Shown here piece by piece: positions 1-8,459 of a stretch of 64,000 bases of DNA; the first letter of the stretch is position 1; each line of letters begins with the position of its first letter. The position numbers were made by a program, and so were the translations under genes. Location of the stretch: the NCBI GenBank assembly GCA_035653395.1, contig DASRBX010000009.1:3692-67691 (forward strand), given 5' to 3'. Under the pieces are notes generated by a model, which did not search any database, was not told the DNA's origin, and was given only the letters and a program-made list of their open reading frames with translations. The DNA comes from Gaiellaceae bacterium. GTDB taxonomy: Bacteria > Actinomycetota > Thermoleophilia > Gaiellales > Gaiellaceae.

Positions 1-607
1 GGACACCTACCGGCAGCGGCTGGAGGAGGTGCTGACCCGTCTGACCGCGCTCGAGTTCCAGAACGCGGTCGTGCTCGACGACGTCCTCGTCGTCCTGCAG
101 CGGGCGGAGATGACCTCGCGGATGGCGCGGCGGATCACGCGCGACTGCGTCGAGCTCGGCAGCGAGGGACGCCTGATCAGGCTCCAGCTCGAGGAGCTCG
201 TCGGCGACGTGCCGGCCGAGCGGGACGCGATCGTCCGCGACTATCACCTGCTCGGCGCCGGCGACGAGGCCACGGCGGCGCTCGAGGGCCTCGCGAACCT
301 CTCGTACCAGGACCTGCTCGAGTTCGCACGTCTCGCCGAGGTGCTCGGCTACGACCGCGCCATCAATCCGCTCGACCACTCGGTCGCGCCCCGCGGCTAC
401 CGCATTCTCTCGCACATCCCGCGCGTCCCCGAGCCTCTCGTCCGGCGGGTCGTGGCCGATCTCGGCAGCCTCGACGCGGTCGTCCGCGCCTCGCAGCGCG
501 AGCTCGAATCGGTGGAGGGAGTCGGCGCGGTACGCGCCCGCGAGATCCGCGAGGGCCTGCGCCGCCTGCAGGAGCACAACCTCGTGGACCGCTACCTCCA
601 GCTCTAG
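1..607 (+). CDS. disA: DNA integrity scanning protein DisA, C-terminal part (5' end lies outside the window)
   Basis: ORF is open to the window edge. The C-terminal linker plus HhH region reads ...ELESVEGVGAVRAREIREGLRRL.... It sits upstream of carD-ispD, as in Gram-positives. Confidence 0.8.
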   Translation, partial: DTYRQRLEEVLTRLTALEFQNAVVLDDVLVVLQRAEMTSRMARRITRDCVELGSEGRLIRLQLEELVGDVPAERDAIVRDYHLLGAGDEATAALEGLANLSYQDLLEFARLAEVLGYDRAINPLDHSVAPRGYRILSHIPRVPEPLVRRVVADLGSLDAVVRASQRELESVEGVGAVRAREIREGLRRLQEHNLVDRYLQL

Positions 608-715
608 GTTCGACCCCGAGACCTCAGATTTGGCTTATCCAGGCGGTTTCTGCTACACTCGCAGCCTGTGGCCGGCGCAGAAGGGCGTGCCGGCTTTCTC
701 AACGAAAGAGCGGCT

Positions 716-1276
716 ATGGGCCAGGGGAGGTCGGACTTGTACGACGTCGGCGACAAGGTGGTCTATCCCCACCACGGGGCGGGAACGGTCGTCAAGAAGG
801 AGAAGCGCGAGGTTCTCGGACAGCAGCGCGAGTACCTGACGATCAAGATCCTGCACAACGACATGACCGTGCAGGTCCCGTCCGAGAATGCCGAGAAGGT
901 CGGTCTGCGGCGCGTGATCGGCGAGAAGGAGGTCGGGGTCGTCCTCAAGGCGCTGACGGGCGTCTCGACGGAGATGCCGAAGAACTGGAACCGGCGCTTC
1001 AAGCACAACCGCGACAAGATGAAGACCGGCGACATCCTCGAGCTCGCCGAGGTCGTGCGCAACCTCGCCCTCCGCGACCGCGAGAAGGGCCTTTCCACGG
1101 GCGAGAAGCAGATGTTCGTGAAGGCGAAGAAGATCCTCGCCTCCGAGCTCATGTACGCGAAGGACATGGACGAGGAGACCTGCGCGGACTGGCTCGAGGA
1201 GGTCCTCGCCTCCGACAGCCCGCCCAAGAAGAAGCCGGCGGCCAAGAAGAAGGCCGCGGCGACCGCAGCGGCCTAG
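716..1276 (+). CDS. carD: CarD-family RNA-polymerase-binding regulator
   Basis: N-terminus YDVGDKVVYPHHGAGTV is typical of CarD. ATG 716 is preceded by GAAAGAG. The tail is Lys/Ala-rich. Confidence 0.9.
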   Translation: MGQGRSDLYDVGDKVVYPHHGAGTVVKKEKREVLGQQREYLTIKILHNDMTVQVPSENAEKVGLRRVIGEKEVGVVLKALTGVSTEMPKNWNRRFKHNRDKMKTGDILELAEVVRNLALRDREKGLSTGEKQMFVKAKKILASELMYAKDMDEETCADWLEEVLASDSPPKKKPAAKKKAAATAAA

Positions 1277-1294
1277 CCCGGGCCAGACCCCGGC

Positions 1295-1969
1295 ATGTCC
1301 GTCTGGGCCATCCTCGTCGCCGCGGGACGGGGGGAGCGGCTCGGGCTGGACCGGCCCAAGGCGTTCGCCAAGCTCGGAGAAGAACCGCTCCTCGCGGAGC
1401 CGCTGCGCCGGCTCGAGGCCTGTCCGTGGGTGGACGGGATCGTGCTGGTCGCGCCGCCCGGCTGGGAGGAACCTGCGATCCTCGTGGCCGAAGAGGAGGG
1501 CTGCGGCAAGGTGCATGCGTGCGTGGCGGGCGGCGAGACGAGAAGCGACTCCGTGCGGGCGGGCCTCGCCGAGGTCCCCGGCGACGCCCTCGTCGTGCTC
1601 GTGCACGACGCGGCAAGGCCGCTCCTGTCGGACGAGGTCGTCGAGCGTGTGCTCGCCCCGCTCTCCGAGGGCTGGGACGGCGCCGTGCCGGGCCTCCCGG
1701 TCGGCGACACGCTGAAGCGGGTCGGCGCCGACGGCGGCGTGGCGGAAACGGTGGCGCGCGACCGTCTCTGGGCCGTGCAGACACCTCAGGCGTTCGCCGC
1801 CGAGGCGCTGCGGGGAGCCCATTCGCCAAGTAACAGCCTGTTACAAGCGACGGACTGTGCCGGCCTCGTTGAGGCGGCGGGCGGACGAATCAAGGTCGTC
1901 GAGGGCGATCCGCGCCTGCTCAAGGTGACCTCCGCCGCGGATCTCGACACGGTGGCGGCATGGCGGTGA
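1295..1969 (+). CDS. ispD: 2-C-methyl-D-erythritol 4-phosphate cytidylyltransferase
   Basis: N-terminal motif AILVAAGRGERLG and the later VQTPQAF motif. Conserved position after carD. Confidence 0.9.
   Translation: MSVWAILVAAGRGERLGLDRPKAFAKLGEEPLLAEPLRRLEACPWVDGIVLVAPPGWEEPAILVAEEEGCGKVHACVAGGETRSDSVRAGLAEVPGDALVVLVHDAARPLLSDEVVERVLAPLSEGWDGAVPGLPVGDTLKRVGADGGVAETVARDRLWAVQTPQAFAAEALRGAHSPSNSLLQATDCAGLVEAAGGRIKVVEGDPRLLKVTSAADLDTVAAWR
1827..1847 (+). repeat. Copy 1 of the 21-bp quasi-palindromic element (CAAGTAACAGCCTGTTACAAG)
   Basis: Perfect 7+1+7 inverted repeat GTAACAG-C-CTGTTAC. It is AT-rich in a GC-rich background. It lies inside ispD, read as S-N-S-L-L-Q. Confidence 0.9.
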
Positions 1970-2448
1970 GCGTCGTCGTCTTCGACGTCGGCGAGACGCT
2001 CGTCGACGAGGCGGCCGCCCACGGGCGGTGGAAGGCGGAAGGTGCGGCGGAGCTCGTGTTCGCCGAGCGGGACCTCCACGCCGACGCGCTTCCGTGCCTC
2101 CGGGCCTTGCGGGCGCGCGGCCTCCGACTGGGCGCAGCGGGAAACATGTACGCCCATCACGAGACGTTCCTGCGTCCCCACCTCGACTTCGTGGGCTCGT
2201 CCGAGCGGTGGGGGGTGGAGAAACCGGACGCCGGCTTCTTCGCGCACATCGTCGAGGAGGCGCGTGTGCCGGCCGAGCAGATCCTCTACGTCGGCGACCG
2301 CGTCGACAACGACGTCGCCCCGGCGCTGGCCGCAGGGATGCACGCCGTACGCGTCCGCCGGGGAGCTCATGCGGGCGTCGACTCGCCCGCCGGTGTCGTC
2401 ACGATCGACTCCCTCGCGGAGCTGCCGGAGGCGGTCGACCGTGGCTGA
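1960..2448 (+). CDS. HAD-superfamily hydrolase
   Basis: Motif I VVVFDVGETL and motif IV YVGDRVDNDV. It overlaps the ispD stop by 10 nt and the ispF start by 8 nt. Confidence 0.75.
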   Translation: MAVSVVVFDVGETLVDEAAAHGRWKAEGAAELVFAERDLHADALPCLRALRARGLRLGAAGNMYAHHETFLRPHLDFVGSSERWGVEKPDAGFFAHIVEEARVPAEQILYVGDRVDNDVAPALAAGMHAVRVRRGAHAGVDSPAGVVTIDSLAELPEAVDRG

Positions 2449-2917
2449 GTACAGGATCGGCACGGGCTTCGACGCGCACGCGCTCGAGGAGGGCGTGCCC
2501 CTGGTGCTCGGCGGGATGCCCTTCCCTTCTCCGCGCGGCCTCGCCGGCCACTCCGACGGCGACGTGATCGCGCACGCGCTGATCGACGCGATCCTCGGCC
2601 CGGTCGGCCTCGGCGACATCGGCACCCTCTTCCCCTCCGACGAGACGACTCCCGAGGGCGTCTCGTCCCTCGAGCTGCTCGCCGGCGCGTACGCCGACGT
2701 CCGCGGTCAGGGCTGGAAGCTCGTGAACGCCGACGTCGTCTTCATCGGAAACGAGCCCCGGATCGGCCCTGTCCGCCGCGAGATGGAGGGGATTCTCGGG
2801 TCGGCTCTCGGCGGAGACGGCATCGTCAGCGTGCGGGCCACGACGACCGACGGGCTCGGCTTCACCGGCCGCGGCGAAGGCCTCGCTGCGCAGGCCGTGG
2901 CCCTTCTCGTGCGATGA
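2441..2917 (+). CDS. ispF: 2-C-methyl-D-erythritol 2,4-cyclodiphosphate synthase
   Basis: RIGTGFDAHAL...GHSDGDVIAHALIDAILG signature. GTG at 2441 is in frame with the 2042..2917 ORF. Confidence 0.9.
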   Translation: MAEYRIGTGFDAHALEEGVPLVLGGMPFPSPRGLAGHSDGDVIAHALIDAILGPVGLGDIGTLFPSDETTPEGVSSLELLAGAYADVRGQGWKLVNADVVFIGNEPRIGPVRREMEGILGSALGGDGIVSVRATTTDGLGFTGRGEGLAAQAVALLVR

Positions 2918-3627
2918 AGCTCGCTCTCGTCACCCACGCGGAGCATCCGAAGCTGCGGGGGACGCTGCCGAGCGTCTGGCCCGAGTTCATGTCGCACGAC
3001 TCGGTCGTGCAGTCGTTCTGGCCCCGCCTCTACGACGAGTACCCGGACTTCCAGCTCTGGGTCGTCGACCGCGACGGCGGGCGAGGCCGGACGGTCGGCT
3101 ACGCGTGCAGCGTGCCGGTCGGATGGAACGGCGCCCCATCGCCTCGAGGCATCGACTGGGCGCTCACGGACGGGGTGGAGGGGACGCCGACCACGCTCTG
3201 CGCCATCGTCGCCGGAGTCGTCCCCGAGTACCGGGGTCTCGGCATCGCCGAGACGATCCTGCGCCGCCTGGCCGCGATCGGCTCGGGCCACGGGCTCGAC
3301 GCGCTGGTCGCGCCGGTCCGCCCGACGTGGAAGGACCGCTACCCGCTCGTCTCGCTCGACAGCTACGCGGGCTGGCGGCGGGCCGACGGCCTCCCGTACG
3401 ACCCCTGGCTCCGCACCCACGAGCGGCTCGGCGGCGAGCTGCTGGCGACCGCGCCCCGCTCGATGACGATCTCGGGAACCCGGGCCGAGTGGGAGGAGTG
3501 GACGGGGCTCGTGTTCCCCGAGGACGGCAACTACGTCGTCCCGGGCGCGCTCGTCCCGGTCCACTTCAAGAACGGCCGCGGCGTCTACGTCGAGCCCAAC
3601 GTCTGGGTCCGACACGCGTTCCAGTAG
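2914..3627 (+). CDS. GNAT-type N-acetyltransferase-like protein
   Basis: The segment VPEYRGLGIAETILRRL resembles the GNAT acetyl-CoA motif. ATGA overlap with the ispF stop. Confidence 0.55.
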   Translation: MKLALVTHAEHPKLRGTLPSVWPEFMSHDSVVQSFWPRLYDEYPDFQLWVVDRDGGRGRTVGYACSVPVGWNGAPSPRGIDWALTDGVEGTPTTLCAIVAGVVPEYRGLGIAETILRRLAAIGSGHGLDALVAPVRPTWKDRYPLVSLDSYAGWRRADGLPYDPWLRTHERLGGELLATAPRSMTISGTRAEWEEWTGLVFPEDGNYVVPGALVPVHFKNGRGVYVEPNVWVRHAFQ

Positions 3628-3629
3628 GG

Positions 3630-4040
3630 CTAGCGGCCGCGCTTTCGCTGTTTCTCGAGCTGCCGGCGCATCTGACGGTTCGTCGCTTCGAGCTCGGGCC
3701 CGCCCTGCTGCTCCTGCATCTCCAGCAGCGCCGCGCGCTCCTCGCGTGTCAGGCGCGACATGACCTTCTGCGCGTGCTGCGGGTTGTGGAGCTGCTTCGA
3801 ATGCGGCTCGAGCTTGCGCATGGCACTTGCGAGCTCGGGATTCGTGCGCTCGATCGCCGCCCGTGACGCCTTCTCGAGCTGGCGCCGCAGGAACGGCACC
3901 TTGGACATGAGCGCGAAGAGCGGCTTGAGATAGCGGCCTCCCTGGATGCGCCCCAGCAGGCCGAGCACGCCGAGCAGGACCAGCAGCCCGAGCAGGATCC
4001 AGAGGGGGATCAGCAGCGTGACGATGGAGGTGGCGAGCAT
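3630..4040 (-). CDS. Hypothetical membrane-anchored protein
   Basis: One N-terminal TM helix (IVTLLIPLWILLGLLVLLGVLGLL) followed by a charged coiled tail. Confidence 0.5.
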   Translation of the reverse strand: MLATSIVTLLIPLWILLGLLVLLGVLGLLGRIQGGRYLKPLFALMSKVPFLRRQLEKASRAAIERTNPELASAMRKLEPHSKQLHNPQHAQKVMSRLTREERAALLEMQEQQGGPELEATNRQMRRQLEKQRKRGR

Positions 4041-4058
4041 CGGCCGGATGGTACCCGC

Positions 4059-4793
4059 CTACTCAGGCAGAGACACGGCGTCTCCGTGCAGGCGCACGAG
4101 CCCGTCGCGGGCGAGCGACGCCACCGCTTCCGTGTCCTGTGGCTGCGCGCCCGCGAGAACGGTGCGAAGTGCCTCCGCCCGCCGCTGGCGGAACGAGCCC
4201 TCGAACGGCCCCTGCCTGCGTCCCGGCTCGAAGCGGCGGCCTCGCGACGGGCAGGCCGCGGCGAGCGGGCAGGCGCCGCAGCGCGGGACACGTGAGAGGC
4301 AGACGGTCTTGCCGAGATCCATCAGAGCCTGTGCGGTCGCGGGCGAGAACGAGTGGCCCGTGCGCTCGGAGACGCGCTGCACGTTGACGTCGATGGGCAG
4401 CACCGCCCGGCCGAAGGCGAAGCACGCGACGGCGTCGGCCGTGTAGCGGCCGACGCCGGGCAGCTCGGTCAGGTCGTCAGGCCAGCCGTGAGCCGCGACG
4501 TGCTGCGCCGCGCGGTGGAGCGCGAGCGCGCGCCGGTTGTAGCCGAGCCCCTGCCATTCGCGGATCACGTCCGCAGCGCCGGCCGCAGCCAGTGCCTCGA
4601 CGGTCGGCCAGCGCTCGAGCCAGCGGAGCCAGCGCGGCACGACGCGCTCGGCCTGGGTCTGCTGCGACATGATTTCGCTGACGAGGATCGCGTACGGGTC
4701 GCGGGTCCGCCGCCAGGGCAGGTCGCGGCCGTGCTCGGCGAACCAGGCCAGGAGCAGGTCTTCCACGGGACGACCGTACCGTGCAGGCATCAT
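4059..4793 (-). CDS. HhH-GPD base-excision glycosylase, MutY/Nth family (short, no NUDIX-like C-domain)
   Basis: DPYAILVSEIMSQQTQ, LPGVGRYTADAV, and an Fe-S motif C-x7-C-x2-C-x5-C. Start taken at the MMPARYG Met pair and is uncertain. Confidence 0.75.
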   Translation of the reverse strand: MMPARYGRPVEDLLLAWFAEHGRDLPWRRTRDPYAILVSEIMSQQTQAERVVPRWLRWLERWPTVEALAAAGAADVIREWQGLGYNRRALALHRAAQHVAAHGWPDDLTELPGVGRYTADAVACFAFGRAVLPIDVNVQRVSERTGHSFSPATAQALMDLGKTVCLSRVPRCGACPLAAACPSRGRRFEPGRRQGPFEGSFRQRRAEALRTVLAGAQPQDTEAVASLARDGLVRLHGDAVSLPE

Positions 4794-4800
4794 CCGGCGG

Positions 4801-6081
4801 ATGCGCCGCCTCGCTCTCGTCGCCGCCATCCTGATCGTCCTCGGCGGCGCCATCGGGGCGGCCTACTACGAGTCGACGCACCGCTTCGGCGGCAGTGTCA
4901 GGGGAACGACCACCGAGTTCGACCCGACGGAGACCGTCGCCGTGCCGCAGCCGAGCGCCGGGTCGCTCCTCTCGCCGATGTTCGCCGGCGTGCCCCAGCA
5001 TCTCCACGTCGGCGCCGGCCGGGTGCGCCCGCCGTTCCGCCTCGACTGGGTCACGGGCGGCACGTCGCTGATCGAGTTCCCGCCCGCGATCGGCTTCCAC
5101 TACCTCTACTACGCGAGCCTGAACGGGAACCTGATCGCGGTCTCGAGCCGCAACGGCCGCCGCCTCTGGACGGACCACGTGGGACGCTGCGAGGCGGCGG
5201 GCCCCGCGCTGAGTCGCCTCGGCCGCGGCACCGTCTTCGAGACGTTCCTCAATCCGGTGCCGTGCGGCAGAGGCACCGCGAAAGGCGAGGGCGAGATCAT
5301 CGCCGTCGCGGCCGGCCCCGGACACGCGCTCCGCTGGCGCAAGACCCTCGGCGTCACCGAGACGTCGCCGGTGCTGGTGGGGAACCGGATCTACGTCGCC
5401 GACTACGGAGGCCGGGTCTACTGCCTGCGCGCCGTCGACGGGCGGACACTGTGGACGTACCAGGCCGGCGGAGCGGTCAAGGGAGCGATCACCTACGACC
5501 GCGGCCGCGTCTTCTTCGGCTCCTACGACGGCCGCCTGTACGCGCTGCGGGCGAGCGACGGCAAGCTGATCTGGCGGGCGCAGTCGAACCGGGACTGGCT
5601 CGGCGGCCACGGCCAGTTCTACTCGACCCCGTCCGTCGCCTACTCCCGCGTCTACCTCGGCTCGACCGACGGCCACGTCTACTCCTTCGGCGAGCGAAGC
5701 GGGAAGCTGCGCTGGTCCTACCGCACCGGCGGTTTCGTCTACGGCTCGCCGGCCATCTGGCGACACCGCGTCCTGGTCGGCTCGTACGACCACTACTTCT
5801 ACGCCCTCGACGCCGCGACCGGCACGCTGTTGTGGAGGTTCCACGCGAACGGGGAGATCTCGGGCTCGGCGACCGTCGTCGACGGGATCGTCTACTTCTC
5901 GACCCTCGAGCGGCGCACGTACGGCCTCGACGCACGGACGGGGAAGCAGGTGTGGACCTTCCCGGACGGCGCGTTCACCCCCGTCGTGACCGACGGGAAG
6001 CGGATCTACGTCATCGGCTGGGCAAAGCTCTACGCGTTCAGTCCCCGCCGGGGGTTGCAGGGGTCGAGCTCGGGGCCATAG
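4801..6081 (+). CDS. PQQ-like beta-propeller repeat protein with N-terminal TM/signal anchor
   Basis: Repeated blocks ...G.VY..DY.G.VYALDA.TG...W... (BamB/PQQ-type). The start MRRLALVAAILIVLGG is an anchor. Confidence 0.7.
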   Translation: MRRLALVAAILIVLGGAIGAAYYESTHRFGGSVRGTTTEFDPTETVAVPQPSAGSLLSPMFAGVPQHLHVGAGRVRPPFRLDWVTGGTSLIEFPPAIGFHYLYYASLNGNLIAVSSRNGRRLWTDHVGRCEAAGPALSRLGRGTVFETFLNPVPCGRGTAKGEGEIIAVAAGPGHALRWRKTLGVTETSPVLVGNRIYVADYGGRVYCLRAVDGRTLWTYQAGGAVKGAITYDRGRVFFGSYDGRLYALRASDGKLIWRAQSNRDWLGGHGQFYSTPSVAYSRVYLGSTDGHVYSFGERSGKLRWSYRTGGFVYGSPAIWRHRVLVGSYDHYFYALDAATGTLLWRFHANGEISGSATVVDGIVYFSTLERRTYGLDARTGKQVWTFPDGAFTPVVTDGKRIYVIGWAKLYAFSPRRGLQGSSSGP

Positions 6082-6090
6082 AAAAGGATC

Positions 6091-6363
6091 ATGGTGCAGG
6101 AGGATCTGATCGAGATCGATCTCGACGGCAAGATCGTCCCGGTCCCGCGGGACGTCGTCGGCGCGCTCGCCGCGGCGGCCGCAGCCCGCGCGGGCGTCTC
6201 CGGGCAGCATCGCGACCTCTCCCTGCAGCTGAACCGCGGGCTCGAGCGGGGGCGCGCGACCCTCGGGCGCGCGCAGATCCGTGCGCTGTGCGCCGTGCTC
6301 GAGGAGGAGCATCCCGACCGCTTCGGCCCCGCCGGGACCGAGCTGAGGCGCGCGGCCCCCTAG
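6091..6363 (+). CDS. Hypothetical protein
   Basis: 90-aa ORF directly downstream of the propeller gene. No recognisable motif. Confidence 0.35.
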   Translation: MVQEDLIEIDLDGKIVPVPRDVVGALAAAAAARAGVSGQHRDLSLQLNRGLERGRATLGRAQIRALCAVLEEEHPDRFGPAGTELRRAAP

Positions 6364-7361
6364 CGCTTCCGCAGAAGCGTGGCTCCCGCAGCTGCCGCCG
6401 CGCCGACGCCGGCGGCGAGCGAGCCCGCGAGCCGCCGGTGCTTCGTGAGCGTCGTCTGGAAGCTGTGCGCGTGTGCCTCGTCGTCGAACGGCCCGTGCGA
6501 GCCGCGGTCCTCGCCGCCGTCCACCGGCTCGTACAGGTTGTCGTGGTCAGGACCGCCGTTCAGCGGCTGCTTGGTCATCTGCGACCCGTAGCCCGTCTTC
6601 GCGAGATACCAGTCGAGGAACCACGGTGCCACGCGCTCGCCGAGGACGTTGAGCACGGTCGGCCACCCGACGTAGACCTGGCGCCGCCGCTGGTAGGCGG
6701 CCCAGTGGATCGCGTCTGCGGCGATCTCCGGCTGGTAGATCGGCGGCACCGGCTGTGTCTGCTTGGGCAGCTTCGTCCTGCCCCAGGTGAACTGGGTCGT
6801 GTTGAAGCCGGCGAGGTGAACCATCGTCACGTGGACGTCCCAGCCGTGGTGCTTGATCTCGGTGATGACCGACTCCGTGAACCCCTTGCACGCGTGCTTC
6901 GCGCCGCAGTACGGCGCCTGGAGCGGGATGCCGCGGAACGCGAGCGCCGACCCGACCTGGACGATCGTCCCGCGGTTGCGCTGCGACATCCGTCTCAGCG
7001 CGGCCCGAGTCCCCCAGACCATGCCGTGGTAGGTGACGTCGGTGGCGCGCCTGTACTCGTCCGGCTCGACGTCGAGGAACTCGGAGTAGATCGTCGCCAT
7101 CGCGTCGTTGATCCAGATGTCGATCGGCCCGAGCCCATCCTCCGCCGCCTGCGCCGCGGCCTCGACCTGCCCGGCGTCGGCGACGTCGGTCGGGAGGACG
7201 AGAGCCTTGCCGCCGCGTTCCTCGACCTCCTTGGCCGTGGCCTCGAGCCCGGCCCGGCCGCGCGCGAGGAGCGCGATCTTGGCGCCGTCGTCCGCGAACC
7301 GGCGGGCGGTCGCGCGGCCGATGCCGCCCGAGGCCCCGGTGATGACGACGACGTCGCTCAT
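6360..7361 (-). CDS. Short-chain dehydrogenase/reductase (SDR) family oxidoreductase
   Basis: ITGASGGIGRA Rossmann motif and YCGAKHA catalytic motif. ATG at 7361 (MSDVVVITG). The upstream part of the 600-aa ORF is Arg-rich shadow. Confidence 0.85.
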   Translation of the reverse strand: MSDVVVITGASGGIGRATARRFADDGAKIALLARGRAGLEATAKEVEERGGKALVLPTDVADAGQVEAAAQAAEDGLGPIDIWINDAMATIYSEFLDVEPDEYRRATDVTYHGMVWGTRAALRRMSQRNRGTIVQVGSALAFRGIPLQAPYCGAKHACKGFTESVITEIKHHGWDVHVTMVHLAGFNTTQFTWGRTKLPKQTQPVPPIYQPEIAADAIHWAAYQRRRQVYVGWPTVLNVLGERVAPWFLDWYLAKTGYGSQMTKQPLNGGPDHDNLYEPVDGGEDRGSHGPFDDEAHAHSFQTTLTKHRRLAGSLAAGVGAAAAAGATLLRKR

Positions 7362-7405
7362 CCCCTCGATCTTCCGACCGCCCGGAGAAGCCAAACCTCG
7401 GGCCG

Positions 7406-8317
7406 CTAACGGTCGAGGACCTCCACGGTGTCCCCGTCGCTCAGCTCGTACGCACGACCCACCTGCTGGCCCGGGAACCGAGCCGACGGGCCCCAGACAC
7501 GTGCGCCGGTGCAGCGTTCCCGCAGCTCGTGGTGGATCGTGTCGGCGACGTCGAGGATGGTCGCCGGCGGCGGCAGCGCGACCGGGTCGCCGCCGTCCCG
7601 CAGATGGATGCGGACCAGCCCGGTGAGCGCCCAAAGCTCCTCCCGGAGGCGGTCGAGGCTCGCGTCGTCGAGAATCGACACGGGAATCACCGGCAGCTTC
7701 GGATGCTCGGGCGGCGCCGCCTCGTCGCACTTCGTCGCCGCGAGGACGCCGGGCAGCTCGATCCCGGCGGCGGCGACCTCGGCCCGGATACTCTCGAGCT
7801 CCTCGAGCGGACGGTCGCAGGCATGGCACCACAGCACGGCGTCGGCGTTGCGCAGGGCGCCGAGCAGTGCGCGCCCGCCGCCACGGTCCTCTGCGGCGCC
7901 CTCGATCAGGCCGGGGATCTCCACGAGCTGGACGAGCACGCCGCCGAGGCGGGTCGTCGCGGCGACGGGGCGCGTCGTGGTGAAGGCATAGTCGCCCGTC
8001 CGGATCTGGATCGCCGACAGCGCCTGCAGGAGCGACGACTTGCCGGCGTTCGGCGGACCTACGAGCGCGATCTGCGCGGCTCCCTCGCGGCGCACGCCGA
8101 TCGAGTCCCGGTTCACGACCTTCTTCCGCGTGCGTGCCGACGCGAGCTCGCCTTCGACCCACTTGCGCAGGTCGGCGTACGGCCCGTTCCGGTAGCCGGG
8201 CAGCTCGGCGAGGATCGCACGAAGCTCGCGGATCCGCTCAGCGCCCTCCTTGCCCGCGAGACGGCGCTTGATCAGTTGCTGCTGGGTGCGATGTGGCATC
8301 GGCATCGCGACGTACAC
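7406..8317 (-). CDS. OBG/DRG-type GTPase with C-terminal TGS domain
   Basis: G1 motif GPPNAGKSS, G3 region EIPGLIEGA, and a TGS-like C-terminal end. The start among the Met 1/5/7 candidates is uncertain. Confidence 0.75.
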   Translation of the reverse strand: MYVAMPMPHRTQQQLIKRRLAGKEGAERIRELRAILAELPGYRNGPYADLRKWVEGELASARTRKKVVNRDSIGVRREGAAQIALVGPPNAGKSSLLQALSAIQIRTGDYAFTTTRPVAATTRLGGVLVQLVEIPGLIEGAAEDRGGGRALLGALRNADAVLWCHACDRPLEELESIRAEVAAAGIELPGVLAATKCDEAAPPEHPKLPVIPVSILDDASLDRLREELWALTGLVRIHLRDGGDPVALPPPATILDVADTIHHELRERCTGARVWGPSARFPGQQVGRAYELSDGDTVEVLDR

Positions 8318-8459
8318 CTCCGTGTCGGGGCGGGATCGCGTCGCGTCCCGCCGCTTCCCTAGGACGCTCGAACGGGAAGCGGCGGACTAGCCGTTTTGGC
8401 GGAGAACCGTTGCGCGCCAGGACTCCATCGCCGCCGGAGCTTAGCCCTAGACTCGCTCG

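Noticed and set aside
4353-7409. A 1018-aa ORF, the longest in the track, along with similar giants at 13067..15574, 13143..15584, 18796..20901, 42341..44557, 43003..45876 (5' part), 52573..55302 (5' part) and 56624..59074.
   Set aside because: These are Arg/Pro/Gly/Ala-rich translations lying antisense to, or out of frame with, genes that carry clear family motifs. They are typical shadow ORFs of a ~70% GC genome.
8329-8381. Two adjacent hairpins (GGCGGGA...TCCCGCC and CGCTTCCC...GGGAAGCG) in the gltX-like leader, considered as a T-box or attenuator.
   Set aside because: The leader is only ~140 nt. It has no specifier-loop or T-box consensus (AGAGA, GNUGGNA) and no U-tract directly after a stem.
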